A stretch of 64,000 bases of DNA, taken from assembly GCA_963705885.1 (NCBI GenBank), contig OY970120.1, positions 1,040,187 to 1,104,186 on the forward strand. Reading direction: 5' to 3'. Of the stretch, positions 1-10,615 are shown in pieces (position 1 is the first letter of the stretch; each line of letters starts with the position of its first letter). Under the pieces are notes generated by a model that was not told where the DNA came from, did no database searches, and worked only from the letters and a program-made list of their open reading frames with translations. The stretch is from an uncultured Actinomycetota bacterium (GTDB lineage Bacteria; Actinomycetota; Actinomycetes; JACCUZ01). The position numbers were made by a program, and so were the translations under genes.

Positions 1-2
1 AG

Positions 3-512
3 GGCTCCGGCATCCCGTACGGCCTCGGCCTGGTGAAGAACTCCTACGTCGGGCGCACGTTCATCCAGCCCTCGCAGACCATCCGGCAGCTCGGCATCCG
101 ACTCAAGCTCAACCCGCTGCGCGAGGTCATCGCCGGTCAGCGCCTGGTCGTGGTCGACGACTCGATCGTGCGGGGCAACACCCAGCGTGCGCTGGTGCGG
201 ATGCTGCGCGAGGCCGGCGCGGCCGAGGTGCACGTGCGCATCTCCTCCCCGCCGGTGAAGTGGCCGTGCTTCTACGGCATCGACTTCGCCTCCGCCGGTG
301 AGCTGATCGCCAACGGGCTGACGGTCGAGGAGATCCGGACGTCCATCGACGCCGACTCCCTGGCCTACATCTCGCTCGAGGGCCTGGTGGGCGCGACCGA
401 GCAGCCGACGGAGAACCTCTGCCGGGCGTGCTTCGACGGGGTCTACCCGGTCGAGCTCCCCGAGCCCGAGCTGCTCGGCAAGCACCTGCTCGAGGTCGAG
501 CCGCCCGCCTGA
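3..512 (+). CDS. purF: Amidophosphoribosyltransferase, C-terminal part (gene starts before the window)
   Basis: [16 protein letters not shown]-binding [20 protein letters not shown] and LCRACFDG motifs of PurF; purM lies downstream. Confidence 0.97.
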   Translation, partial: GSGIPYGLGLVKNSYVGRTFIQPSQTIRQLGIRLKLNPLREVIAGQRLVVVDDSIVRGNTQRALVRMLREAGAAEVHVRISSPPVKWPCFYGIDFASAGELIANGLTVEEIRTSIDADSLAYISLEGLVGATEQPTENLCRACFDGVYPVELPEPELLGKHLLEVEPPA

Positions 513-3281
513 CTACCAGGCCACCAGCTTCCACAGCTCGGGGCGCGGCTCCTCGCCCTCGCCCACCTCGGCGAAGAGCGTCACGGCGATCTTGAGGTGC
601 TCGAGCGCCTCGTCCCTCCGACCGCTCGCCTGCAGCAGGTCGGCCAGGTTGTTGTGCAGGGCGGCCGCGCGGTGTCGGTCGCCCAGCTCGGTGCACACGC
701 TCAGCGCCTCCCGCGTCAGTGCGGTCGCGTCGTCCAGCTCGCCGCCCGCCCGGTGTGCGAGCGCGAGGTTGTTCAACGCCGCGACGAGCAGGTCCCGGTC
801 ATCGGCGCCCTCGGCCAGCCGTCGGCTGCGGGTCAGCTCCGCGACCGCGGTCGCCAGGTCGGCGTCGGCGGTGGCGAGCAGGCCGAGCAGGTTGTGCGCC
901 TGGCAGCGGGCGCGGTCGTCCCCGCCCCGCTCCGCCAGCGCCGCGGCCTGCCGGGCGAGGTCGCGAGCCCTCCCGGCGTCGCCCAGCTCGTGGACGGTGA
1001 GGCTGAGGTCGGCCGTGACCCGGGCCCGCGCACCGGCATCGGCCTCGGACAGCCCGGCGAGCGCCTCGAGCAGGTGTGCCTCGGCTAGGACCCACTCGCC
1101 GCGGCGGTGCTGCAGCCGGCCGAGCCGGTGCTCGACGTCCGGCAGGTCACCGGCAGCCGCGGTCGCGGCCGCCTCCTCCAGCGTCTGCAGTGCGGCTGCG
1201 TAGTCGCCCAGGACCGTCTGCACGTCGGCCGTCGCGCTCAGCACCGCGGTGCGCTCGGGGTGGCCCAGCGCGGCGGCCCGGAGGAGGTGGTCGAGGGCCT
1301 CCGCGTGGGCGTACACGGCACGTGCCCGCTCGGCCGCCCGCCAGTGCGCGAGGGCGGCCTCGTCGTCGCGGCCCGCCAGCTCCAGGTGTCGTGCCGCGGC
1401 GCCCGCCCGGGTCCCCGGCACGTCAGCCGCCCTGCCGTGCAGCAGCCGGCGGCGCGCGAGGCTGGTCTCGTCGTACACCAGCGCGCGCAGCTGCTCGTGC
1501 GAGAAGTCGTAGCCGTCCGGGCCCTCCCGGACCAGCCCACGGCGGACGAGCTCCTCGAGTGCCGAGACCGTCTCCTCGTCGCCGCGCCCGCTCACCGCGC
1601 GGACGGTGTCCACGTCGAACGAGCGCCCGGTCACGGCGGCGGCGGACAGCACCTGGCGCCCGGTCTCGGTCACCGGGTCGAGCCGTGACCGCAGCACGTC
1701 GCGCACACCCTCCGGCAGCGGTGCGTCCGGGCCGCCGGGCGAGAGCGACCGGAGGTACTCCACGAGCAGCAGCGGGACCCCTTCGGTGCGCTCCCACAGC
1801 AGCCGCGCGAGGGCGGGGTCCTGGTCGCCGGGTCGTGAGTGGGTGACCATCTCGGCCACCGCCTCGGGTCCCAGCCGTTCCAGCCGGCACTGCACGCCCC
1901 CGCCGGAGCGGGCCGCCTCCAGCGCGGCGCGTCGCAGCGGGTGCTCCGACGGCGTCCGCCAGGTCAGCAGGAGCAGCACCTGACGGCCGGCGAGGCGCCG
2001 CAGGGCGTACGAGACCAGGGACACCGTCGCGTCGTCGGCCCACTGGACGTCCTCGACGACAAGGACGCCCGGTCGGTCGCCGGCGGCCGCGGCGGCGAGC
2101 ACGTCCCACAGCCCCGCCAGGAACCGGGCCTCGGCACCCGGACCGTCCAGCGGGGCTGCGCCGAGGCCCGTCGCCCGGGCTTCGAGCAGCTCGGGCAGCA
2201 GCCTGGCCGCCTCGGCGACCGAGGTGTCGGCCACGCCGTCCAGCCACGACGTGTCGCTGCGCAACCGGCTGCGCAGGGCGTCCACCAGCGGCGCGTACGC
2301 CAGGGCCGACTCGTCCTCGTGGGCGCGGACCACCACCGGCGCCTCGCCCGCGCCGACAGCCGACAGCAGCTCCTCCACGAGCCGCGACTTGCCGATGCCC
2401 GGCTCGCCCTCGACGACCGCGACCCGGCCGTCCGCACCCACGTCGCGGTATGCGTCCAGCAGCGCCTGCACGTGCGCCGACCGCCCCACGAACGGCGGCA
2501 GCACGGGCACCGCGACCGGCACCGAGACACCTCGTGCCGGTGGCGGCTGCCTCGGTGCCGGGTCGAACGTCCCGGCGTTGATCGCCTCGTACAGCGCGGT
2601 CGTCTCGGCCAGCGGAGGGACGCCGAGCTCTCGGGACAGGGTGCGGACGCACTCGCGGTACTGCGTGAGCGCGGCGGCGCGGTCACCGGTACGCGCGTGC
2701 AGCCGGATCAGCGCCCGGTGGGCGGGCTCGTGCAGCGGGTCGAGGTCCAGCCAGCGACGAGCGTGCCGCAGCGCGGCAGCGGCGTCCCCCGCCGTCTCGG
2801 CCGCCGCCGTCAGGTCGGCGAGGACCCCGGCGAGCTCCCGGGTCAAGGCCTCCGCCTCGGCCCGCACCCAGTCCTCGAAGTCGGGGGCGTCGCGGACCGC
2901 GAAGCCCTCCAGGAGCTCGCCCCGGAAGGAGGCCGCGGCACCCTCGAGGTCGCCGCGCGCCCGAAGGGTGCGGAACAGGTCGACGTCGACCTGCAGGCGC
3001 GGCCCTCTGACCAGCAGAACATGGTCGCGGGTGGTCTCCAGCGCATCGGAGCCGACGGCGGAGCGCAGCGATGTGAGGGTCCGGCGGAGTGCGCCGCGGG
3101 CGCGCTCGGGGTCCGTGCCCGGCCACAGCAGGTCGGCCAGGGCATCACGGGGGCGCGGACGGTCTGTCAGCGCGAGGTGCGCGAGCAGGGCCATGGCCTT
3201 GCGGGTGTCGAAGGCCACCAGGTCGCCGTCGCGCTCCACCCGGGGAGGGCCAAGCAGGCTGACCTCGATCACGCGCGCCAT
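513..3281 (-). CDS. Large transcriptional regulator: N-terminal winged-helix + BTAD, STAND/AAA ATPase, C-terminal TPR repeats (~922 aa)
   Basis: Start MARVIEVSLLGPP; BTAD-like LDPLHEPAHRALIRL...LSRELGVPP; Walker A GEPGIGKS; Walker B VVEDVQWAD; repeated NNLA/HNLLG TPR helices. Start trimmed from the ORF track to ATG 3281. Confidence 0.9.
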   Translation of the reverse strand: MARVIEVSLLGPPRVERDGDLVAFDTRKAMALLAHLALTDRPRPRDALADLLWPGTDPERARGALRRTLTSLRSAVGSDALETTRDHVLLVRGPRLQVDVDLFRTLRARGDLEGAAASFRGELLEGFAVRDAPDFEDWVRAEAEALTRELAGVLADLTAAAETAGDAAAALRHARRWLDLDPLHEPAHRALIRLHARTGDRAAALTQYRECVRTLSRELGVPPLAETTALYEAINAGTFDPAPRQPPPARGVSVPVAVPVLPPFVGRSAHVQALLDAYRDVGADGRVAVVEGEPGIGKSRLVEELLSAVGAGEAPVVVRAHEDESALAYAPLVDALRSRLRSDTSWLDGVADTSVAEAARLLPELLEARATGLGAAPLDGPGAEARFLAGLWDVLAAAAAGDRPGVLVVEDVQWADDATVSLVSYALRRLAGRQVLLLLTWRTPSEHPLRRAALEAARSGGGVQCRLERLGPEAVAEMVTHSRPGDQDPALARLLWERTEGVPLLLVEYLRSLSPGGPDAPLPEGVRDVLRSRLDPVTETGRQVLSAAAVTGRSFDVDTVRAVSGRGDEETVSALEELVRRGLVREGPDGYDFSHEQLRALVYDETSLARRRLLHGRAADVPGTRAGAAARHLELAGRDDEAALAHWRAAERARAVYAHAEALDHLLRAAALGHPERTAVLSATADVQTVLGDYAAALQTLEEAAATAAAGDLPDVEHRLGRLQHRRGEWVLAEAHLLEALAGLSEADAGARARVTADLSLTVHELGDAGRARDLARQAAALAERGGDDRARCQAHNLLGLLATADADLATAVAELTRSRRLAEGADDRDLLVAALNNLALAHRAGGELDDATALTREALSVCTELGDRHRAAALHNNLADLLQASGRRDEALEHLKIAVTLFAEVGEGEEPRPELWKLVAW

Positions 3282-3315
3282 CCCGTCACGGTGCTCCCCC
3301 GGCTCGGGCCAAGAT

Positions 3316-3333
3316 CGTAACGATTTCTGTACG
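3316..3333 (+). promoter_or_regulatory. Candidate regulator-binding motif upstream of the sensor array (copy 1)
   Basis: CGTAACGATTTCTGTACG, 16/18 identical to 11873-11890; ACG repeated at 11-bp spacing; overlaps inverted repeat TGTACGCC (3328-3335) / GGCGTACA (3349-3356). Confidence 0.6.
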
Positions 3334-3387
3334 CCGGCGGCTGAGTCTGGCGTACAACAGGGAACTGGGGGAGGGAGGTCGCGCCGG

Positions 3388-4578
3388 ATGAGCCTGCGGC
3401 GTCTCGCCTGGGGACTGTTCGCGCTGTTCGTCGTCCTGGAGGTCGCGACGCTCTGGCTGATCTGGGACGGGCCGGACACGGCAGGCGACTCCGTCGGAGT
3501 CGTCGTCATCGGGTACGCCTTCGTCGGGGCACTCGTCGCCTCCCGTCGTCCCCGGGTGGCGGTCGGCTGGCTGCTCCTCGCGATCGCGGTCGGCTTCGCC
3601 GTGGACCTGGCCGGCGAGGCCTTCGCCCACTACCCGTCGGGCACGCCCGGATACCTGCCGGTCGTCTGGACCTCGGGCCTGGTGTTCACCGTCTGGATCA
3701 CGTTGGCAGTCCTGTTCCTCCCCCTCGTGTTCCCCGACGGACGGCTGCTCTCGTCTCGCTGGCGGCCGGTTGTGTGGCTCGGCGCGGTCGCGGTGACTGC
3801 GAGCATCGCGGGCTCCGCCGTCCGGCCCGGCGAGCTTGCCGCGTCGAACGGAGCGCAGCCCGCGACCCAGAACCCGTTCGCGGTCGGTGGCGTCGCGGCC
3901 GACGTCGCGGCGCTCGCCAATGTCGTCGGCAACCTGCTCATCGCTCTCGGCGTCGCGCTCGGGGTCGTCTCCCTCGTGCTGCGGTTCCGAAGGTCACGCG
4001 GGACTCAGCGGCAGCAGCTGAAGTGGTTCGTCTATGCATGCCTGGTGGCCCTGTCCGGCCTGGCGGTGGCCGCGGCGGCCGAGCTGCCCGGGTTCCCCTG
4101 GACCGAGCTGGTCGGGGGGATCGGCTGGATGACGTTCCTGTTCGGCGTCCTGGTCGGGATCCCGGTCGCGACCGGCGTCGCGATGCTCCGGCACCGGCTC
4201 TACGACATCGACGTCGTCATCAACCGGACGTTGGTCTACGCCTCGCTGACAGCGGTCCTGCTGGGGACGTACGTCGGGCTGGTGCTGCTGATGCGCCTGG
4301 TCATCGACCCCGTGACGGGCCAGTCCGACCTCGCTGTCGCCACTTCCACGCTGGCGGTGGCCGCGCTCGTGCGCCCGCTGCGCAGCCGCATCCAGGCGGC
4401 GGTGGACCGACGGTTCTACCGGGCGCGGTACGACGCGGCGCGGACGCTTGAGTCCTTCAGCACCCGGCTGAGGGACGAGCTGGACCTCGAGGCGCTCGGC
4501 ACCGACCTGCGCCGGGTCGTGCGCGACACGATGCAGCCGGCCCACGTCTCTTTGTGGGTGCGCGAGGAGGTCCGATGA
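3388..4578 (+). CDS. Multi-pass membrane sensor-like protein, paralogue 1 of 7, ends in N-terminal half of a GAF-like fold
   Basis: ATG 3388 after GGAGG; ~10 hydrophobic segments; VGWLL, FPDGRLLSSRWR, RQQLKW, HRLYDIDVVINRTLVY, tail DTMQPAHVSLWVR. Confidence 0.88.
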   Translation: MSLRRLAWGLFALFVVLEVATLWLIWDGPDTAGDSVGVVVIGYAFVGALVASRRPRVAVGWLLLAIAVGFAVDLAGEAFAHYPSGTPGYLPVVWTSGLVFTVWITLAVLFLPLVFPDGRLLSSRWRPVVWLGAVAVTASIAGSAVRPGELAASNGAQPATQNPFAVGGVAADVAALANVVGNLLIALGVALGVVSLVLRFRRSRGTQRQQLKWFVYACLVALSGLAVAAAAELPGFPWTELVGGIGWMTFLFGVLVGIPVATGVAMLRHRLYDIDVVINRTLVYASLTAVLLGTYVGLVLLMRLVIDPVTGQSDLAVATSTLAVAALVRPLRSRIQAAVDRRFYRARYDAARTLESFSTRLRDELDLEALGTDLRRVVRDTMQPAHVSLWVREEVR

Positions 4579-5792
4579 CCCGCCGGACGGCCACGGCCCT
4601 CGCGTGGGCCGGTCTCGGCCTCTGGGGTGCGCTTCTCGCGTTCGTCGTCGCGGCGATCGTGGCCGGACGGGGGACGGCGGACGAGGCGTTCATCGCCCTG
4701 ACCGTCGGGTACGCCCTGGTGGGGACCCTCGTCGCGGCGCGGGAGCCCCGGAACGCCGTCGGCTGGCTGCTGCTCGGCATCGGCATCTCGTTCGGCGCGC
4801 AGGCAGCGGCCGACGCGTACATCGCGGGAGAGGACCCGCTGCCAGGACGGACGGCGGTGGCCTGGTTCGCGGCGTGGGCCTGGTACTTCTGGATCTACCT
4901 CGCGGCACTGGTCCTGCCGCTGGTGTTTCCCACCGGCCGGGTGTCCTCCCCGCGATGGCGCTGGGTTCTGCGGATGGCCATGGCCTCGCTCGCGTTGAGC
5001 GTCGTCGGTGAGGCCTTCAAGCCAGGCGCCCTCGACGTCGACACGTCCGACGTCATCGACAACCCCTTCGGTGTCGGCGGGGCACTCGGCAGGCTGCTGA
5101 CCTACGGCAGCAACGTCGCAGACTTCCTCGTGGCCGCCGGAATCGTCCTGGGCGGGGTGCAGATCGTCCGGCGACTGCGCGGAGCGCGTGGCAGGGAGCG
5201 CCAGCAGCTGACGTGGTTCGCCTACGTCGGCGGTCTCGCACTGGTGGCGCTCTCCCTGGCCATGGTCGCGGCGCTGGCAGAGCCGTACGTCGAGGAGGGG
5301 GATGCGCCGACCTGGATGCTCGTGACCGGCGCCGTGGGTTGGTTCGGTGCGCTGTTCCTCATCGCGGTGGGCATCCCTGCCGCTGTCGGGGTGGCGGTCC
5401 TGCGGCACCGGCTCTACGACATCGACGTCGTGATCAAGCGGACACTCGTCTACGGCTCTCTGACCGCGGTTCTCGTGGTCGCCTACCTCGGGCTGGTCCT
5501 CACCTTCCGGCTCGTGCTGCAACCGCTGACGGGGGAGTCCGACCTGGCGGTCGCCGCGTCCACGCTCGCCGTCGCGGGCCTGTTCCGACCGGTGCGGGCC
5601 CGCATCCAGGCCGGCGTCGACCGCCGCTTCTTCCGTGCGCGCTACGACGCGGCACAGACCTTGGAGAGCTTCTCGGCGCGGCTGCGCGACCAGCTCGACC
5701 TCGACGCCCTGGGCACGGACCTGGGGAGCGTTGTGCGGCACACGATGCAGCCGGCGCACGTGTCGCTGTGGCTGCGGGAGGTGTCGCGGTGA
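4575..5792 (+). CDS. Multi-pass membrane sensor-like protein, paralogue 2 of 7
   Basis: ATGA overlap with previous stop; NAVGW, FPTGRVSSPRWR, HRLYDIDVVIKRTLVY, QPAHVSLWLR. Confidence 0.88.
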   Translation: MTRRTATALAWAGLGLWGALLAFVVAAIVAGRGTADEAFIALTVGYALVGTLVAAREPRNAVGWLLLGIGISFGAQAAADAYIAGEDPLPGRTAVAWFAAWAWYFWIYLAALVLPLVFPTGRVSSPRWRWVLRMAMASLALSVVGEAFKPGALDVDTSDVIDNPFGVGGALGRLLTYGSNVADFLVAAGIVLGGVQIVRRLRGARGRERQQLTWFAYVGGLALVALSLAMVAALAEPYVEEGDAPTWMLVTGAVGWFGALFLIAVGIPAAVGVAVLRHRLYDIDVVIKRTLVYGSLTAVLVVAYLGLVLTFRLVLQPLTGESDLAVAASTLAVAGLFRPVRARIQAGVDRRFFRARYDAAQTLESFSARLRDQLDLDALGTDLGSVVRHTMQPAHVSLWLREVSR

Positions 5793-6994
5793 CCCGCCGG
5801 GCAGCGAGCCGCCTGGCGTGGTCGGTCTTCGCCGTGTCGAGCGGGGCGAGCGCCACCGGGCTGCTGCTCCTGGCGGTGCTGCCTGCCGGTGCCCTCGACC
5901 GGGTCGGTGACTCGGTGTGGCTCTCGGGCTCGTTCGTCATGGTCATGCTCGTGTTCGGTCTGGTCGGTGCCGTGGTCGCGTCCCGGCTGCCGGCCAACCC
6001 GGTCGGCTGGCTGTTCCTAGGGCTCGCCGCGCTGCAGGGCGCCACCGGGCTGGCCTACGGCCTGGCCTGGTACTCCGTGTCCGTCACTCGCATCTCTGGT
6101 GGCGTGTGGCTGGGGTGGTTCGCCAACTGGTCAAGCGTTCTGACGCCGGTGCTGCTCGGTCTCGCGTTCCTCGTCTATCCCGACGGCCGCCTGCCTTCGA
6201 CGCGCTGGCGGTGGGGAGCCGCGTTGGTCGTCGCGGCCATCGTCCCGGTCGTGCTGACGTCGGCACTCGTGCCAGGACGCATCGACGACGTCCCGCAGCT
6301 GCGCAACCCGGCCGGCGTCGACGGGGCGGCCTGGCTCGCCGACCTCCCCACCGACCTCTGCTACCTGGTGATCCTCGTCACGGCGTCCGCGGGCGTCGTG
6401 ATGCGGTTCCGGCGCTCCCGCGGGACGGAGCGTGCCCAGCTGAAGTGGTTCGCCTGGTCAGCCGCGCTACTCACCGCGTACCTGCCGGCAGCGGCTGTCG
6501 CCACGGCCGTCGGGGGCTCCGGCTCCTCGAGGGCCGACGCCGTTGCCGGCCTGGTGTTCGCCGTCGGTCTGTGCGGCCTGCCGGTCTCCGTCGGCATCGC
6601 CGTGCTGCGGCACCGGCTCTACGACATCGACGTGGTGATCAACCGGACGCTGGTCTACGGCGCGCTCACCGCGGCGCTCGTCCTGGTCTACCTGGGGTCG
6701 GTCCTGGCGTTCCGGCTGGTGCTCGACCCGGTGGTCGGCCAGTCCGACCTCGCGGTCGCGGCGTCGACTCTCGCTGTGGCGGCGCTGTTCCGTCCGCTGC
6801 GCTCCCGCATCCAGTCGGTCGTCGACCACCGCTTCTACCGGGCGCGCTACGACTCGCAGCGGACGCTGGAGTCGTTCGGGTCCCGGCTGCGTGACGAGCT
6901 CGACCTCGACACCCTCGGCCTCGACCTGCGACGTGTGGTGCGCGACACCATGCAGCCGGCCCACGTGTCCCTGTGGCTGCGGGGCGAGCCGTGA
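5789..6994 (+). CDS. Multi-pass membrane sensor-like protein, paralogue 3 of 7
   Basis: GTGA overlap; NPVGW, YPDGRLPSTRWR, HRLYDIDVVINRTLVY, QPAHVSLWLR. Confidence 0.88.
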   Translation: MTRRAASRLAWSVFAVSSGASATGLLLLAVLPAGALDRVGDSVWLSGSFVMVMLVFGLVGAVVASRLPANPVGWLFLGLAALQGATGLAYGLAWYSVSVTRISGGVWLGWFANWSSVLTPVLLGLAFLVYPDGRLPSTRWRWGAALVVAAIVPVVLTSALVPGRIDDVPQLRNPAGVDGAAWLADLPTDLCYLVILVTASAGVVMRFRRSRGTERAQLKWFAWSAALLTAYLPAAAVATAVGGSGSSRADAVAGLVFAVGLCGLPVSVGIAVLRHRLYDIDVVINRTLVYGALTAALVLVYLGSVLAFRLVLDPVVGQSDLAVAASTLAVAALFRPLRSRIQSVVDHRFYRARYDSQRTLESFGSRLRDELDLDTLGLDLRRVVRDTMQPAHVSLWLRGEP

Positions 6995-8166
6995 GGCGCC
7001 TCCCGATCGCCCTCGCGGCGGTCGCCTGCGTCCTGTCCGTCGCTGGGTCGGGCGCATCCTCGGTCATCAACTGGACGAGCATCGTCGACCTGCCCTTCGC
7101 GGTCGCGTTCGCGCTGCTGGGCGTTGCGAGCGCGGCCACCGGCGCCGTCGTCGCCTCCCGGCTGCCCCGCAACGCCGTGGGCTGGCTGATCCTGGGGCTC
7201 GGGCTGGGCGTCGGCGTTCTCCTGTCCGTCGGCGCCTACGCGGAGGTCGGGGTCGACACCGACGGCGAGCCGTTGCCGGGGTACAGCGCGGCCGCGTGGC
7301 TGGGTGACGTCACCGGGATCCCGGTCTTCTTCGGCGTCACCGGCTTCCTGTTGCTCCTCTTCCCGACCGGTCGGCTGCCGGGGCCGCGCTGGCGAGCGGC
7401 GGCGTGGTTCTTCGGGCTGACCGTCCTCGTGGCCTGGGCGTCCTACGGGCTGGCGCCCGGCGAGGTCGGGTCCGGGGTGCCCAACCCGGTGGCGCTCGGC
7501 GGTAGTGCCGGGGAGCTCGCGCGACGCGTCGCTGACCTCACCAACCTGCTCGCCCTGCCTGGGCTGGGCGCGTGCGGCGCCGCGCTTCTCGTCCGCCTGC
7601 GGCGGTCGCGCGGCGTGGAGCGGCAACAGCTCAAGGCGTTCACCTACGCCGCGACCCTGGTGGTCCTGGGGTTCGGCACGACCGTGGTGGCTCACGGCGT
7701 GGTCGCCGACCTCGCGTTCCTGCTCGGGCTGGTCGCCCTGGCCGCGCTGCCGGTCGTGGCCGGGGTGGCCATCATGCGGCACGGGCTGTACGGCATCGAC
7801 ATCGTCATCAAGCGCACACTCGTGTACGCCCCGCTGACCGCGCTGATGGTCTGCGCCTACCTCCTGATCGTGCTGGGCCTGCAGTCGCTGCTGCGTCCGC
7901 TCGCCGGCGAGTCCCAGCTCGCCGTCGCCGCCTCGACCCTGGCGGTCGCGGCGCTGTTCCGGCCGCTGCGGTCACGGATCCAGGAGGCGGTCGACCGGCG
8001 CTTCTACCGGGCCCGGTACGACGCGGCGCGCACGGTCGCGTCGTTCAGCGGCCGGCTGCGGGACGAGCTGGACGTGGATGCGCTCGCCGAGGATCTGCGG
8101 CGGGTGGTCGCAGACACGGTGCAACCGGCCCACGTGTCGCTCTGGCTGCGGGAGAAGGCCTCGTGA
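6991..8166 (+). CDS. Multi-pass membrane sensor-like protein, paralogue 4 of 7
   Basis: GTGA overlap; NAVGW, FPTGRLPGPRWR, HGLYGIDIVIKRTLVY, QPAHVSLWLR. Confidence 0.88.
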   Translation: MRRLPIALAAVACVLSVAGSGASSVINWTSIVDLPFAVAFALLGVASAATGAVVASRLPRNAVGWLILGLGLGVGVLLSVGAYAEVGVDTDGEPLPGYSAAAWLGDVTGIPVFFGVTGFLLLLFPTGRLPGPRWRAAAWFFGLTVLVAWASYGLAPGEVGSGVPNPVALGGSAGELARRVADLTNLLALPGLGACGAALLVRLRRSRGVERQQLKAFTYAATLVVLGFGTTVVAHGVVADLAFLLGLVALAALPVVAGVAIMRHGLYGIDIVIKRTLVYAPLTALMVCAYLLIVLGLQSLLRPLAGESQLAVAASTLAVAALFRPLRSRIQEAVDRRFYRARYDAARTVASFSGRLRDELDVDALAEDLRRVVADTVQPAHVSLWLREKAS

Positions 8167-9347
8167 GCCGGGCGGTCGCCGCGCGGCTGGCGTGGAGCCT
8201 GTGGGCGGTCGACGTCGTGACGGTCGGCGTGTTCTTCCTGCTCGACGGGGTCGGTGCGGGTCTGGCGAGCAGCATCTCCGGCGGGGTGTTCATCCTCGCG
8301 TTCGCGACGACCGGCGCGCTCGTCGCCACCCGCCACCCGGGGAACCCGGTGGGGTGGCTGCTCTGCCTCGCCGCGCTCGCGTTCACCGTCGGGGGTCTGG
8401 CTGTCGCGGTGTCCGACAACGCCGTTCGCGCGCGGGAGTACGACGGACCGCTGGTCGCGGCAGCCGCCTGGGCAGGCACGTGGGTCTGGATGGCCGGGAT
8501 CGGCCCGGCGGCGACGTTCCTGCTCCTGCTCTTCCCCGACGGCCGGCTTCCGTCCCGCCGGTGGCGGCCGGTGGCGTGGCTGGCCGGTTCCGCGCTGGGC
8601 CTCACCGTCGTGGGGCTGGCGCTCGCGCCGGGGCGGATCGAGGGCACTCCGGTCGTCAACCCGTTGGGTGTCCCGGGCGCGGGTGCCGTCCTCGGCGTAG
8701 CGGCCGGCGTCGGGCTGGCCCTGCTGTTCGTCAGCATCCTGCTGTCGTGCGCGTCCCTGGTCGCGCGTTTCCGCGCGGCGCCGGCAGACCAGCGCCAGCA
8801 GCTGAAGTGGGTGGCCTACGCACTCCCCGTCGTGCTGATGTGGCTGGCAGCGTCGATCGTGCTGGAGTCGACCCAGACCAGCGAGGCAGCCGTCGACCTG
8901 GCCAACACCCTGGTGTCCGTCGGGCTCACCGTCGTCCCGGTCACGATCGGCGTGGCGATGCTGCGGTACCGGCTCTACGACATCGACGTCGTCATCAACC
9001 GGACGCTGGTCTACGGCTCGCTGACAGCTCTGCTCGCCGGCGTGTACCTCGGCTCGGTCCTGCTGCTCCAGCTCGTCCTCGCCCCCCTCACCGAGACCTC
9101 GGACCTGGCGGTGGCGGCGTCGACGCTGGCGGCGGCTGCGCTCGTGCGGCCCGCGCGGTCGCGCATCCAGGGCGTCGTGGACCGGAGGTTCTTCCGTGGG
9201 CGGTACGACGCGACGCGCACCCTGGAGTCCTTCACGGGGCGGCTGCGTCAGGAGGTCGACCTGGACTCCGTGAGCGCCGACCTCCGTGGCGTGGTCCGCG
9301 ACACGGTCCACCCCGCCCACGTCTCGCTGTGGCTGCGGGGCACCTGA
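8163..9347 (+). CDS. Multi-pass membrane sensor-like protein, paralogue 5 of 7
   Basis: GTGA overlap; NPVGW, FPDGRLPSRRWR, YRLYDIDVVINRTLVY, HPAHVSLWLR. Confidence 0.88.
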   Translation: MSRAVAARLAWSLWAVDVVTVGVFFLLDGVGAGLASSISGGVFILAFATTGALVATRHPGNPVGWLLCLAALAFTVGGLAVAVSDNAVRAREYDGPLVAAAAWAGTWVWMAGIGPAATFLLLLFPDGRLPSRRWRPVAWLAGSALGLTVVGLALAPGRIEGTPVVNPLGVPGAGAVLGVAAGVGLALLFVSILLSCASLVARFRAAPADQRQQLKWVAYALPVVLMWLAASIVLESTQTSEAAVDLANTLVSVGLTVVPVTIGVAMLRYRLYDIDVVINRTLVYGSLTALLAGVYLGSVLLLQLVLAPLTETSDLAVAASTLAAAALVRPARSRIQGVVDRRFFRGRYDATRTLESFTGRLRQEVDLDSVSADLRGVVRDTVHPAHVSLWLRGT

Positions 9348-10615
9348 TGCCCCTGCTGCCCGACTCGACCCTGCGCAGGGCGGCGTGGGCCCCGTCCGTC
9401 CTCCTGGCCGCCATGATCGCGGTCGGGCTCCTGATCTCGTTCGCCGAGCAACCGGTGGTCCCTGAGCCCGGCGTCGGCTGGGACGACTCGAGCGCCAGGG
9501 CGGATGCCGCGTTCTCGGCCATCATCCTCGTCTTCCCCCTGGTCGGGCTCCTGATCCTCCGGCGTCATCCGCGCAACACGGTCGGATGGCTGCTCCAGGG
9601 CATCGGGCTCGCGTGGGCGCTCGGGGCCGTGAGCGACAACTACGTGCGGTATGCCCTGCTGGTCGACCCCGGCGCCCTTCCGGCTGCTGATGTGGTGGCC
9701 GCCCTTGGGGAGGGCCACTGGGTGCCGGCGGTAGGGCTGATGGGCGGCTTCCTGCTCCTGCTCTACCCCGACGGTCACCTGCCGTCGCGCCGGTGGCGAC
9801 TCGTCGGGTGGCTCAGCGGGGTGACGATGGTCGTCGCCTATCTCGGTGTCACGCTCGCCCCTGGCGCGCTGACCGCGCCCGCCCCGGTCGAGAACCCCCT
9901 CGTTCTCACAGCGGCCGGGTCGGTGCTCACCGTCGTGTCGTTCGGCTCCGTCGCCCTCCTGCCGGTCTGTGTCGTGGCCTGCGCCGCAGCCCTGGTCACG
10001 CGGTTCCGTCGTTCGAGCGGGGTCGAGCGGTTGCAGCTGAAGTGGCTCGCCACGGCCGGCGGGACAGTGGCGGCGCTCTACCTCCTGCTCATGAGCCTGG
10101 GGGCTCTCGCGTCGCTCGGGGCGTTCGGCGACGAGAGCGTCGTGCGCGCGACCTGGCTGGGCTGGCTGGAGACCGGCACGGTTGTCTCGTTCGTCCTCAT
10201 CCCGATCGCGCTCGGCTTCGCCCTGATGCGCTACCGGCTCTACGACATCGACGTCGTCATCAACCGCACGCTGGTCTACGGCCTGCTCACCGCGGCCCTG
10301 GCCGTCGTGTACCTCAGCTCGGTGCTCGTGCTCCAGCTCGTGCTGAGCCCGCTCACCGACCAGTCCGACCTGGCGGTGGCCGCCTCCACCCTCGCCGTTG
10401 CGGCCCTGTTCCGGCCGGCCCGGGCGCGCATCCAGGCGGTCGTGGACCGGCGGTTCTTCCGCCGGCGGTACGACGCCGCGCGGACCCTGGACGACTTCGC
10501 GTCCAGGCTGCGCCACGAGGTCGACCTGGAGGCGGTCGGGGCGGACCTGCGAGCGACCGTCCGGGACAGCGTGGCTCCGGCGCACGTGTCCCTGTGGGTG
10601 AGGAGCGTCTCGTGA
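9347..10615 (+). CDS. Multi-pass membrane sensor-like protein, paralogue 6 of 7
   Basis: TGATG overlap; NTVGW, YPDGHLPSRRWR, YRLYDIDVVINRTLVY, APAHVSLWVR. Confidence 0.88.
   Translation: MPLLPDSTLRRAAWAPSVLLAAMIAVGLLISFAEQPVVPEPGVGWDDSSARADAAFSAIILVFPLVGLLILRRHPRNTVGWLLQGIGLAWALGAVSDNYVRYALLVDPGALPAADVVAALGEGHWVPAVGLMGGFLLLLYPDGHLPSRRWRLVGWLSGVTMVVAYLGVTLAPGALTAPAPVENPLVLTAAGSVLTVVSFGSVALLPVCVVACAAALVTRFRRSSGVERLQLKWLATAGGTVAALYLLLMSLGALASLGAFGDESVVRATWLGWLETGTVVSFVLIPIALGFALMRYRLYDIDVVINRTLVYGLLTAALAVVYLSSVLVLQLVLSPLTDQSDLAVAASTLAVAALFRPARARIQAVVDRRFFRRRYDAARTLDDFASRLRHEVDLEAVGADLRATVRDSVAPAHVSLWVRSVS

Noticed and set aside
2224-3387. 784-aa ORF 2224..4578 and 998-aa ORF 513..3509 overlapping head-to-head
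   Set aside because: The extensions are antisense shadows of each other; credible starts are ATG 3388 (+, with RBS) and ATG 3281 (-).
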